Shown piece by piece: positions 47,655 to 57,620 of a stretch of 64,000 nucleotides of DNA. Position numbers and translations under genes: made by a program. Where the stretch lies: the IMG/VR virus record IMGVR_UViG_3300020195_000012; one strand, given 5' to 3'. Source of the stretch: an uncultured virus (IMG/VR IMGVR_UViG_3300020195_000012) (Duplodnaviria; Heunggongvirae; Uroviricota; Caudoviricetes). The notes below the pieces were generated by a model. It saw only the letters and a program-made list of their open reading frames with translations, was not told the DNA's origin and made no database searches. Positions within the stretch are counted from its first letter, which is position 1; each line of letters starts with the position of its first letter.

Positions 47655-48915
47655 CGTATGGGATAGTTGGTTGAGTGAAGCCGAAGAACCTACCGCAGCA
47701 CAAGCTCCTACATCCGGAGCAATGCAGGTAACTCCGGACCAACCAACCGTACAAACACCACAACAAAGTCCAGCACAACCACCACAACAAGACAACGTGG
47801 AAGATGATCCTGCCGACCCAGACGGCCAGGAACAACAAAGTTCTCCTGAAAAAGACTTCGAACAATGGAAACACGATTTCTACGAATTGTCCATCAAGGG
47901 CGATCCTAACGAAATGTTGACCTCCATCGGATCAGTGCGTGATCGTCCAGGTCTGGAAATGACTCAACGACGATTCGTCCAAGACAACATGCAAATCCTT
48001 TTGTATCGCCAAGATGCAAACGTGATGAAGGCAACAAAAGAAATACGCAACCTGATCAAAGAAGACTTGGACCGCACCAATCCAGGTACTACTGTCATGC
48101 AACACGTAACTGCAACACTGGAAAAAGACCAGTTGCTTCAGAACGTTCTAATCAAGATCAGTGGTTACTTAGGGCAAAAAGGCGAATTGCATCGTAAGTT
48201 CATTTCTAGTTTGCTAGGAGCAATTCAGGTTGGCGGTGGCGCAAGTCGCCAAGACTTAATGTACTTTGCTAAAGATTATACAATCAATATCAGTACACGA
48301 TTTGCTACTCAATTTGGCGAAGTCAACATCGGCAAGTGGAATCTCAAGGTTGACGACCCTTCACGCTATCTCAGTGAGCCAGAACTCGATAGATTAGATC
48401 AAGGAAGCCCAGAAGAGAAACAAACATTACGCAGACGCATTATCGTTGAATCCATTAGTGAAAAGTTCAAAGAACGTGCTTTCCTTATCCACATAATCCA
48501 TGTTGACGGAACCATTCATTCACTAGGTTGGGACTTGGGCGATAGCCTTATGTCCGCTTACAAAGAAGGCAAGATCGTAATTCGCGGACAACAAAATAAT
48601 GAAAAAGATGCTATGATTTCTGACTCTGGTGAAATCATTCCACTAATTGACATTGACATCTTGTTCGTTCGCGAAACTGGCGAGACCGATGATGACGGCA
48701 ATCCTTCTATGGTAGAAGTGCCATTCATCAGCAGAAAAAATAGCAACTTGGTACTGACTGCCGATCTAGCAACGCTTCACGCTGCTTCATCTAGTTTGAG
48801 CGGAATGTTCTTCAGAGAAACACCGTTCAATGGCAATCCAAGCGAAGTTATTAATTTGATGGACAGTAGTCCGACTCTGCCTGAAATATTGAATCGTAGA
48901 AGTCCACCCAAATAA
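47641..48915 (+). CDS. Hypothetical protein with Pro/Gln-rich N-terminus
   Basis: 424-aa ORF with GAGGG RBS. Confidence 0.75.
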   Translation: MPVNNVWDSWLSEAEEPTAAQAPTSGAMQVTPDQPTVQTPQQSPAQPPQQDNVEDDPADPDGQEQQSSPEKDFEQWKHDFYELSIKGDPNEMLTSIGSVRDRPGLEMTQRRFVQDNMQILLYRQDANVMKATKEIRNLIKEDLDRTNPGTTVMQHVTATLEKDQLLQNVLIKISGYLGQKGELHRKFISSLLGAIQVGGGASRQDLMYFAKDYTINISTRFATQFGEVNIGKWNLKVDDPSRYLSEPELDRLDQGSPEEKQTLRRRIIVESISEKFKERAFLIHIIHVDGTIHSLGWDLGDSLMSAYKEGKIVIRGQQNNEKDAMISDSGEIIPLIDIDILFVRETGETDDDGNPSMVEVPFISRKNSNLVLTADLATLHAASSSLSGMFFRETPFNGNPSEVINLMDSSPTLPEILNRRSPPK

Positions 48916-48955
48916 CTTTTAGCAGAGTTCTTGTAATACTCTGCTAAATACTCTT

Positions 48956-49468
48956 ATGAAGTCGTTTTCCAGTTTCCTAGTAAAAAAAGATCGTGTTAAC
49001 AAAGAGAACCTTCACGTTCTCAAAAACATATTAGACAAGGCTGGTTTTCAAGTAGCGAACCACCTTGACGATCACAAAGAACCATATCTCTACGTATACA
49101 AACCAATTGACATTGATCCGGTCATGGAACAATTGTCATTCGGCGGGGTTCGTCTCTACACAAGGGGCAGAGACTTGGTTTGCTATCGTGCCCAGAACAA
49201 AGAGAAAACTGAACCTTTTGGCGAAGCACAACAACTTGACATCAAAGAAATGTTCAAAGATTTAGTCAAAGACTTTGATAAAGAAAAAATTGGCTACAGA
49301 ATTATATTCTACGTCATCAAAGAACTAAAAGAATACTTTATCCAGAGTGCAATAGCAGAACGTGAAGCAGATACAGGTGGTGATGATAGTCCAATGGGCG
49401 CAGCATTGGTTGCCGCTAACGGAACTTCAGATTACAGCAATTCTGTAAGTCGAAACAACAGAGGATAA
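48956..49468 (+). CDS. Hypothetical protein; possible virion protein
   Basis: MKSFSSFL start, CTAAATA-N5-ATG upstream. Confidence 0.7.
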   Translation: MKSFSSFLVKKDRVNKENLHVLKNILDKAGFQVANHLDDHKEPYLYVYKPIDIDPVMEQLSFGGVRLYTRGRDLVCYRAQNKEKTEPFGEAQQLDIKEMFKDLVKDFDKEKIGYRIIFYVIKELKEYFIQSAIAEREADTGGDDSPMGAALVAANGTSDYSNSVSRNNRG

Positions 49469-49472
49469 TTAG

Positions 49473-50279
49473 ATGCCTCCCACAACGCCAGGAACGCCCC
49501 AGGGCGGGCAAACGCCCCCAACTGGGGCAAATGTACCAACCGCCGCTCCGATGGCTCCTGTGGTGCCAATTGTGGGTGCTAATACGGTTGCTGGTCAGGC
49601 TATGGCGGCAAAGGTACGCCAGTCCGCAGCCGAGAAGCGTCAGGCGACATTACAAAAGATTGCTGGACAGAGTAATCCAATATTTCGTCGTGCTTATTAC
49701 AAGTCATTACAAAAGGGTTCGTTAGCCAATTTCAATTATACATTTTGGAAGCATGATCCTTATCCTTTAATGTTATGCAGTGGGATTTATCAAGATGGTC
49801 GTGTGGCTGGTGTTAATTTGCATTACATGACATTCAAATACATTCGTTATTTGATTCAGCAGTATTGCGGCAAGGCATTTAGTTACCCTCTAATTAAGAA
49901 CAATATTTTCATATATAATTCATTCCGCTCTTATAAAAGGGATGGAATGAGAATGGTGAAATTGTTGGATTGTGAGTTCTTGATGACTTTGTTAGGAACG
50001 GTCAGGTCTTTCAATCCGAATGAAGTGAAGGCGATACGAGAAGAAGTACAAAGACAGTTGAAGGCTAGAATGCATCCGACGCATGAGGATGCGACTAATG
50101 AATATGAAGGTATGGTTGTTCCAAACCCTAACCACAAGCAGAACTTAGATACTGCTGGTTATAACTCACTTGAGCGTTATGGTGAACCACACTGGCCGAA
50201 TGCAGTTCCAAAACTCATTAATCCTAAACCAACATTGGGTGATGCCCGATTCAATCCCACAGGACTTGACCCACTATAA
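49473..50279 (+). CDS. DNA end protector protein (T4 gp2-like)
   Basis: FNY..DPYPLML..GVNLHYM..FRSY pattern; tail-gene context. Confidence 0.65.
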   Translation: MPPTTPGTPQGGQTPPTGANVPTAAPMAPVVPIVGANTVAGQAMAAKVRQSAAEKRQATLQKIAGQSNPIFRRAYYKSLQKGSLANFNYTFWKHDPYPLMLCSGIYQDGRVAGVNLHYMTFKYIRYLIQQYCGKAFSYPLIKNNIFIYNSFRSYKRDGMRMVKLLDCEFLMTLLGTVRSFNPNEVKAIREEVQRQLKARMHPTHEDATNEYEGMVVPNPNHKQNLDTAGYNSLERYGEPHWPNAVPKLINPKPTLGDARFNPTGLDPL

Positions 50280-50288
50280 AGTTTAACA

Positions 50289-53200
50289 ATGGCAGATATG
50301 CAATTAGACTCTTACGGACGCTTGACACCAATTTCCACCGAGGAATTGATCAAAGGCATGGATTCCAAGACTAAGACCACTACTCGTGCTGATCTTGAGA
50401 GTTCAGGTACGTTCCATGATCATAAAAGTCCTGCTAGTAAATTATCAGCATTAGCTGACAAGTCTGGTGACAACAAGAAGTTTTTCGAAGAGCAAATCAA
50501 ACCGCTAATTCCGATGTTCGTCAAGGAATTCGAAGTAAAAGAGAATCAGCAGTATCTTGAAGAAATGACTGGTTTCTTGAAAGAACTAGCCGAGAAGCGT
50601 GAAAAATATCTTGCTGCCAAGAAGGACAAGGGTGGTAGTTCCAAGAAAGAACCTGCTATTCCTGATCTTGCAGGGAACTTAGAGAAAGCATTAAAGGACA
50701 GTTCTGGAAAAGACATTTGGACTAATGGGCGGGCACGTGCGTTAGATCACTTCATGCACGAAGCGACTACTGGACATAGTTTACACGTTCATGATTATAC
50801 TGCTCAGATACTTTTGATATCTATTGCCAAAGATGTTAAGCATATTGGCATGATGATGGCACAAGCCTCTGGGGACAAAATATCAAATTCCGCTCGTGAT
50901 ATTGTTGGTGATTTTGAAATCAAAATACCAGAACAAATGAAAAGCGATCAAAAGATCGATAAAGCCGCACGCGGTACACGCGAGATGGGTTTGCGTGGAA
51001 TTAAAGGTGGTGGCTTTTCATCGACAAGTGGTGTGCCTTGGTGGTTTGATCGTCGAAAAATCAAACCAGAGATGGGAACTCCAGCAGAAGCAGCTGCATC
51101 GTCTGAACTTACTGTTCCCGATAGTAGAGTGGTTGGTGATGACGGCGGAGCAGCATTAAGTAGAGCTGACAAGAAAAGAGAAAAAGCCAAAGCCCGTGAA
51201 GCCGCTGCTCTTGCTGCTGGCGATGCTGCTATGATTGACAATGGAGTGGTCGGTGATGGTGGAGAAGCATTAAATGAAGTTCAAAAGAAAAAAGAAACAA
51301 GTACAAGGAAGGATAGGGCTGCTGCAAAAAAAAGACTGAGATCAGATGATTCAACATACTCATTGACAGAATCCTTACGATATAATTCGTCAGGACTAAG
51401 ACAAACTCGTCCACAATTAATCAGCCTTGGTAAAGAGATTGCAAAGTCTGTAAAAAGAGGAGGTCTTGGTAAAGACCCGGTTGTTGTAGAAAACAAACTT
51501 GAAATGATGACGAAAGCCATCGTCGGAATGAATGACTTGTCCAAGTCCGAACGAAGGTTAGTGGAAAAGAAGCTTGAAGAACTTATTAAAATTCAAAAAG
51601 ACCCAACTAAAGGCAAAAAAGAATTTGACGCGAAAGTTGCGGAATTGGCTCTTCTTGGTGAAAGAAGTTCTAAAATAGCCGAAAAGAAACGTGAAAAAGA
51701 AGTACGTGATTCCAGAATCAAAGAGATTGCAGACAAAGGACGTACTTTTATTGAGTACGCACAAATGCTTGCTCCAAGTAGAGCAGGAATAGGAACTAAA
51801 TTTGATCCAATGGCAGAAGCTGCGAGAGTTCGTGATGAAACTCACGCATGGACGCAAGGCATTCACGAACAAATGTCTCAAAGTTTCGGCATGAGAGGAA
51901 CAATGCTGGATCGTGGAGACCATGTAGGACCAGGAGATCAATATCGAAAAGCAACAGAAGGACTCAAAGGATTTTTTGAAGAAGCAAATGATCTTGCTAC
52001 CGGAACTATCAGCAAAGGCGTTCTCGGAGGTGAAGCATACTCGCGTGGAGGTGGTGGATATGGTAGTGGGACTACCTTAAAAGGAGCAACAGGTAAAGAA
52101 GTTGGTGGGATGTCATCTTTTGACGTCACTGGACAAAAGACCGACAAAATACAAAAAGTCCTTCTCAAAAATACACAACGTGGCGTTACATCACTAAGCC
52201 GTTGGGTTTCACTCAGTAGACAAGGTCTTCAACTTGGAACTATGATCGGTGCTGATGCAGAACATACAGCAGAAGAACTAACTGATTGGCATCTTCAGAT
52301 GGGAATGACCGTCGATCAAACATCCCAATACTCTAGAGACTTACAGACAGTCAGTAAAGTAACTGGCGTTACAGGCGATAAACTACTTGAAGCTGCAAAG
52401 AATGGTCGTTCGCTGGCAGACAGTATGCGAAGTGCTGGTACATTGACGAGTGAGGCAGCGAAGAACTTGACTCAGTTTTCAGCAGCAGCATCTCGACGTG
52501 GAACTGACAAGATTGTTCAGCCTTTAATTGATGCTTTGAGTAGTACAGTCAATTTGTTTGATAGTGCTGATCCTGCTACATTTGCGTTGGCGATGCGTTC
52601 TGCGCAAATAGGTGGTGGACCAAAACTAATGACTTCTTTGCAAGCAGGAACTATACCACAAGACCCGAAACAAATGAAGGCATTTGCTCAAGGTTTACGT
52701 GGTGTGATGATGCAAATGACGGGTGGTCGTGAACTCAATCAAATTGGTCCAGAAGAATTAGCGCAATTGAATTTGGCTGCAAAGAGTGCATATGGTAAGC
52801 AACTTAAAGAAATGGAAATGGGTGCTGATACTTTTGAAGAAGGCAGTATGTCTGTAGCCGAAAAGCTTGAAAAGATAGAAGCCACAATCAAAAAAGGAAA
52901 TTTAACAGGTAAAGAACTTGAAGATTTAAACATTCAAGCAAATGCTTTGCTTGCTACACAACACACAGAAGATACGAATAATGCTCTTCGTAATCTTAAT
53001 AGTATTACTGCCGAGATGAAGGGTGGAAAAACATTCGATCAAGCGACAAAGACAGTAAGTGATCGAATTAATTATGTTAATCCAGATACTAAACTTCGTG
53101 AAAATATCAATCCCCAACAACAACTTGACAAAGTTATTGCAGGAATTGAAGCCAGTGCAAACAAATTAGAGGGACCAAGAGCGGAAGATCAAAAGCAACG

Positions 53201-56200
53201 CTTACTTGCTCGTGCGGCTGAGTTCAAAGAACGAAAAACTACAATTGGTAGTGATCCAAAACAATTTGGATTGTTACTCAAGGACATGGATGATTTAATT
53301 CAAGCCAATCAAGTATTTGAGAAGCAATATCAACTGGATCAGAGTACGTTTCAATTACGCAATCAAGAACGTGTTCAACGTGAATTTTTTGAGGATGAAA
53401 TTCGCAAGGACTTGTTGTGGATGATGGCTTGGTCGCCACCCAATGCATCTTTGGCTAATATTGCTATTGGTATCGCTGCTGGATTTGCTGGAATGCTTGA
53501 AATACTAATCAAAATACTATTGGCATTTGTCGGATTTTCTATACTTGGTAAAGCAATAGGAGCTTTAGCAAGCGTATTAGGCGGTCTTGGTTCAGTTATA
53601 GCTCCCAGCGCACTGGGAAGTGCTGCGGCTTTTCTAGGTGGACCTTTGTTAGTAGCCGGTGTTGGAGGTGCTGTTGTTGTTGGCGTTGGTCAATACCTTT
53701 CATCAAAATCCAAAAAAAAAGAGGAAGAACAATGGAAAGACCTTGGTACAGAACACTCAGCTGTTCGAGACTCTTTTCAACCTGTAATTGACGCAGAAAA
53801 AGACCCAAAGCGCAAAGCGCTATTAGAAAAAAAACTACAGCTCGAACTAGATGTTAAAGCAGAACGAAAAAATCTGGAAGTATGGAAAACCAGAAGTGAT
53901 GATCCGGAAACAATGGCACAAAGAACTGCTGAACGACTAGCGAATCTTTTTAGAAGGCGTGAGCGTGATTATGCAGTTCCAAATGGGCAATTAGAAATGG
54001 ATGCCAACGTAGAAAAAGAACGAAATGAAGCTGTAATGGCAATACAAGCACGATTAGATGAATCTATCAAAGAATTAAAAGCATACAAACCAGACAATCG
54101 ACAAGCAGTAAAAGGGTTGGGTTCTGATACCGCACAAATATTTGAGGTAAATGCAAATCTCAATGCTGAAATAGCAAAACGTGGTCAAGAACTCAACCGT
54201 GCAGAACAAAGCGCGGCACTTGAAGTAGTCGGGGTTTGGAGTGCAAGGAGCGAGCAGGAGAAAATTAGTGCGCGCTTCTATTGGAGAAATTGGAGAAAAG
54301 CAAATAACCTGGCTCATCGATCACATGAGGATGCGGACGTTGATTACATATTGTTCAAACAGTTCATCACAGAACAAATGGCAGCCAGACGTAATGATCC
54401 ATCTAATCCTATCAATGTAGCACAGTCAAGTCTGAATTCAGCAGAACAAACACATAGCGATGTTGTTTGGGGAGGAGGAGAAAATATTGGAAATAAACTA
54501 GCGGAAATGATGCCCGCCATTGATCCAAAACTTCAAGAAACACTGAAACGACATCTTACACATATAGGCGCTCTACGAATCGACCGTGGAGAAACCTGGG
54601 ACAAAGGACAAGATGTTATTGATTTGTTCAAGAAAATGAAAAAAGAATTAGGTGGATTTGAAATTGAAACCCACGTAAAAGAAGCTTTGCCAATGTTAGA
54701 AACCGCATCTTCCCACCAAAAAGATTTACGCACATGGGAAAGCACTCTCAAGGCACACCAGGACAAAATACGAAATTATGAAGACGCAATTAAAAATGCG
54801 ATAAACAATCCAGAATTACTAAAATCGATTAATGAGAAATGGGCTAAGGATGAATACCAACCACTTGATGAATTGAAGAGATTGATTGAAGGAACAAAAG
54901 AGATGGCAGCTATCACACAAAGATCAATGGCTGCGATCACGCCAGCCGCAGCAGCACCACCAGTGCCAGGAGCAGTTGTACCACCAGTGCCAGGAGCAGT
55001 TGTACCACCAGTGCCAGGAGCAGTTGTACCACCAGTGCCAGGAGCAGTTGTACCACCAGTGCCAGGAGCAGTTGTACCACCACCATCGCCACCAACACCA
55101 TTTATTGGATTGTTTGATAATTTGCTTCCTATGATTATATCTCAAGCAGACAAAGCAAAAATAGAGGCAGATAAAAAAACAGCAGAAGCAGCAGCGGCCG
55201 CCAAAAAAGCCGAAGGAGAAGGACTCTCTATTTTCGGCATGAAGCTATCTGATATGGTAATCAAGATAAAAGAAGCCAATATCGAATCTGCTAATATCAA
55301 TAATGCAATAATAAAGGGATTAAGTGGAATACAAATGCCACTATCTCCAATGCCCGCATATGGAACAGCACCACCCGGAACACCCGGACAGTCCTACGTC
55401 ATGCCACTTAGCAACAATGCAGTTCCAACGCCAAATCAACCTACTGCACCAAATGCCCCATCAGAACCTCGTAATTTTGTACAAAAAGGGTTTGATTGGA
55501 GCAAAGATGTAGTCATTGATACTCTAGCTCCAGCTGGATTTCAAAAAACTCTTGAGTCATTAAAATCAATTGAACAACAAGGAAGTAATCAAGGTAATAT
55601 ACCATCATTAACATCTAGACCTGGAGAGGGCGGCAAAATCAGTCATGGGGCTATGATTGATGAAATGAACGCAGGCGAACGTATTGTACTTGCTAAAAAA
55701 CTTAATGTTTCTGAAGAAAACTTGAAAAAAATGTCGACATTAGACATTTACAAAAGAATGTCTGTCGCTCCGGATTTATCTACAGAAGCAACTAAATTTC
55801 GTTCTAAAATTGAAGAAAAATTCATTCCAAAACATGAAAAAATCGAACACAAAGACTTGTGGAACAAAATTGATCCAAAAACTCAAGAATACATATTGCA
55901 AAATGCAGAAATGACCAAAGAAGAAGCATTATCAATGCCAACAGAAAAATTCAAGAGCAAAATTGAAAGTTTCAATCCGGAAGGGGTAATGGGGCAAGGA
56001 GAGGCAGGTAAAAAAAGAGAGAAAAAAGTAAAAGAATTACAAGCAGACGTTCGCACAATTACTGCACCCAAACCTGTACCTGCAACAGACAAAAATTCAA
56101 TTGCAGTAGCAGGAGGAACAGCACGTGAAACCGGAACGGCAAAAGCTGGACAAATCGGAAGTGTTGCTACACCAACTGACAGAGTATCTGGAAAAGATAT

Positions 56201-57593
56201 ACTTTACTTCCAAAACGTTAATGCAATTGAAGATATGCTTTGGTCATACAGACCAGACATAGACTTACTCAAGTCCCACGAAATTGCTATCAAAACTTAT
56301 GAAGATTATCGCGTACTCGCAAAAAATGGGAAAGTAGAATCAGACACATTGCGCAAATTGCTTGATACTAACCTCAATGCTGCCACAGGGCAATTTTTGG
56401 GTACAACTCCAACGCCACCACTGGCGGAAGGAAAAGGCATTGCCGCCCCTACAACACCTGGGATTGTTGGACCACCAGCACCATTGAAAATCTCTGGTAA
56501 TACTTACGGAATCGCACCAACTCCAGAAGTTGCACCAGCGCCAAGAGCCGCAGGAACACCACAACCCGTTATAGACGATCCAGCAGAGCAAGCATTTGAA
56601 AAAGCTGCATCAGGAGCAGCAATGCCACCAGTACCATTGCCACCTGAATTCAAAGATGAATTGAATCTTGGTAAGAAATCGTGGACAGGTGAAATGGGAG
56701 ATAATACTCGTATTTTCCAAATGGACCAAGATGAAAAGAAACGAAAACGTCAAGGGTACATTGGTGATCTTGGAACTTGGATGAAAACCACTGGGGGAGC
56801 AGGCGGTGTAGATGATACTTGGTCTAAATGGGAAGATGGAAAATGGGGAAAATCATCACTGCACAGTCCAGATGAACAAAAGAAACTCAAAGAAGCAGGC
56901 AAACTCAAGAGCGAAAAACCACTTGAGTATTATGATATCAATGCAGCATCAGCACTCGGAGCCAATCCAGCAGGAGGTGGATTTGAAAAGAAAATAACAG
57001 ACATTACCAAACGTATAGAATCACCAGGAGATACTACAGAATCAGGAATTGACATTGAGAAAATAATAAAATCAATGTTGACCAAATCAGCATACAATTT
57101 ATCTCCAGAAGAATTAGAAGAATTCATAAAGAAATTTGAAAACTTCGATAAAATGTTCACAATGCCTCTAGCCCCAACAGACATAATTCCGTGGCTAAAT
57201 GAGCCAGAAGCAAAGTCTGTCACCGAAAAGGAACCCGAAACAGCATCATCTACCAAGCCAGGAAGTGTTGGAGACTATGCTTACACAAAGGAAATGACAG
57301 ACGTAAACGCCGTTGAAATAACCGGACCTCTCAACGATGCCGTCAATCACCTAACAGAAATTGAATCAAATACACGTGAAACTGCTCAGGAAACTAGAAA
57401 CGTAAGAGAACTCATGCAGAAACTCGTTGCCGCAATGACTACCCCACGAAGCGAAAGCCGCAGCAACGGAATTGCACCAGGCGATCCTTCTACCGACAAT
57501 AGACCAGGAAGTCCTCCTAACTACTACACCTGGGCACTAGATATGACAATGTCACCAAATCTAGGCGCAAGACGACCTAATGGAGTCACGTAA
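50289..57593 (+). CDS. Putative tape measure protein (2434 aa)
   Basis: Very long helical Ala/Gly/Lys-rich ORF with a central hydrophobic segment, near the baseplate genes. Confidence 0.8.
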   Translation: MADMQLDSYGRLTPISTEELIKGMDSKTKTTTRADLESSGTFHDHKSPASKLSALADKSGDNKKFFEEQIKPLIPMFVKEFEVKENQQYLEEMTGFLKELAEKREKYLAAKKDKGGSSKKEPAIPDLAGNLEKALKDSSGKDIWTNGRARALDHFMHEATTGHSLHVHDYTAQILLISIAKDVKHIGMMMAQASGDKISNSARDIVGDFEIKIPEQMKSDQKIDKAARGTREMGLRGIKGGGFSSTSGVPWWFDRRKIKPEMGTPAEAAASSELTVPDSRVVGDDGGAALSRADKKREKAKAREAAALAAGDAAMIDNGVVGDGGEALNEVQKKKETSTRKDRAAAKKRLRSDDSTYSLTESLRYNSSGLRQTRPQLISLGKEIAKSVKRGGLGKDPVVVENKLEMMTKAIVGMNDLSKSERRLVEKKLEELIKIQKDPTKGKKEFDAKVAELALLGERSSKIAEKKREKEVRDSRIKEIADKGRTFIEYAQMLAPSRAGIGTKFDPMAEAARVRDETHAWTQGIHEQMSQSFGMRGTMLDRGDHVGPGDQYRKATEGLKGFFEEANDLATGTISKGVLGGEAYSRGGGGYGSGTTLKGATGKEVGGMSSFDVTGQKTDKIQKVLLKNTQRGVTSLSRWVSLSRQGLQLGTMIGADAEHTAEELTDWHLQMGMTVDQTSQYSRDLQTVSKVTGVTGDKLLEAAKNGRSLADSMRSAGTLTSEAAKNLTQFSAAASRRGTDKIVQPLIDALSSTVNLFDSADPATFALAMRSAQIGGGPKLMTSLQAGTIPQDPKQMKAFAQGLRGVMMQMTGGRELNQIGPEELAQLNLAAKSAYGKQLKEMEMGADTFEEGSMSVAEKLEKIEATIKKGNLTGKELEDLNIQANALLATQHTEDTNNALRNLNSITAEMKGGKTFDQATKTVSDRINYVNPDTKLRENINPQQQLDKVIAGIEASANKLEGPRAEDQKQRLLARAAEFKERKTTIGSDPKQFGLLLKDMDDLIQANQVFEKQYQLDQSTFQLRNQERVQREFFEDEIRKDLLWMMAWSPPNASLANIAIGIAAGFAGMLEILIKILLAFVGFSILGKAIGALASVLGGLGSVIAPSALGSAAAFLGGPLLVAGVGGAVVVGVGQYLSSKSKKKEEEQWKDLGTEHSAVRDSFQPVIDAEKDPKRKALLEKKLQLELDVKAERKNLEVWKTRSDDPETMAQRTAERLANLFRRRERDYAVPNGQLEMDANVEKERNEAVMAIQARLDESIKELKAYKPDNRQAVKGLGSDTAQIFEVNANLNAEIAKRGQELNRAEQSAALEVVGVWSARSEQEKISARFYWRNWRKANNLAHRSHEDADVDYILFKQFITEQMAARRNDPSNPINVAQSSLNSAEQTHSDVVWGGGENIGNKLAEMMPAIDPKLQETLKRHLTHIGALRIDRGETWDKGQDVIDLFKKMKKELGGFEIETHVKEALPMLETASSHQKDLRTWESTLKAHQDKIRNYEDAIKNAINNPELLKSINEKWAKDEYQPLDELKRLIEGTKEMAAITQRSMAAITPAAAAPPVPGAVVPPVPGAVVPPVPGAVVPPVPGAVVPPVPGAVVPPPSPPTPFIGLFDNLLPMIISQADKAKIEADKKTAEAAAAAKKAEGEGLSIFGMKLSDMVIKIKEANIESANINNAIIKGLSGIQMPLSPMPAYGTAPPGTPGQSYVMPLSNNAVPTPNQPTAPNAPSEPRNFVQKGFDWSKDVVIDTLAPAGFQKTLESLKSIEQQGSNQGNIPSLTSRPGEGGKISHGAMIDEMNAGERIVLAKKLNVSEENLKKMSTLDIYKRMSVAPDLSTEATKFRSKIEEKFIPKHEKIEHKDLWNKIDPKTQEYILQNAEMTKEEALSMPTEKFKSKIESFNPEGVMGQGEAGKKREKKVKELQADVRTITAPKPVPATDKNSIAVAGGTARETGTAKAGQIGSVATPTDRVSGKDILYFQNVNAIEDMLWSYRPDIDLLKSHEIAIKTYEDYRVLAKNGKVESDTLRKLLDTNLNAATGQFLGTTPTPPLAEGKGIAAPTTPGIVGPPAPLKISGNTYGIAPTPEVAPAPRAAGTPQPVIDDPAEQAFEKAASGAAMPPVPLPPEFKDELNLGKKSWTGEMGDNTRIFQMDQDEKKRKRQGYIGDLGTWMKTTGGAGGVDDTWSKWEDGKWGKSSLHSPDEQKKLKEAGKLKSEKPLEYYDINAASALGANPAGGGFEKKITDITKRIESPGDTTESGIDIEKIIKSMLTKSAYNLSPEELEEFIKKFENFDKMFTMPLAPTDIIPWLNEPEAKSVTEKEPETASSTKPGSVGDYAYTKEMTDVNAVEITGPLNDAVNHLTEIESNTRETAQETRNVRELMQKLVAAMTTPRSESRSNGIAPGDPSTDNRPGSPPNYYTWALDMTMSPNLGARRPNGVT
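54957..55076 (+). repeat. 5 exact tandem copies of a 24-bp unit (PPVPGAVV)
   Basis: CCACCAGTGCCAGGAGCAGTTGTA x5. Confidence 0.95.
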
Positions 57594-57620
57594 AATTACC
57601 TTTTACCGATATATACAAAT

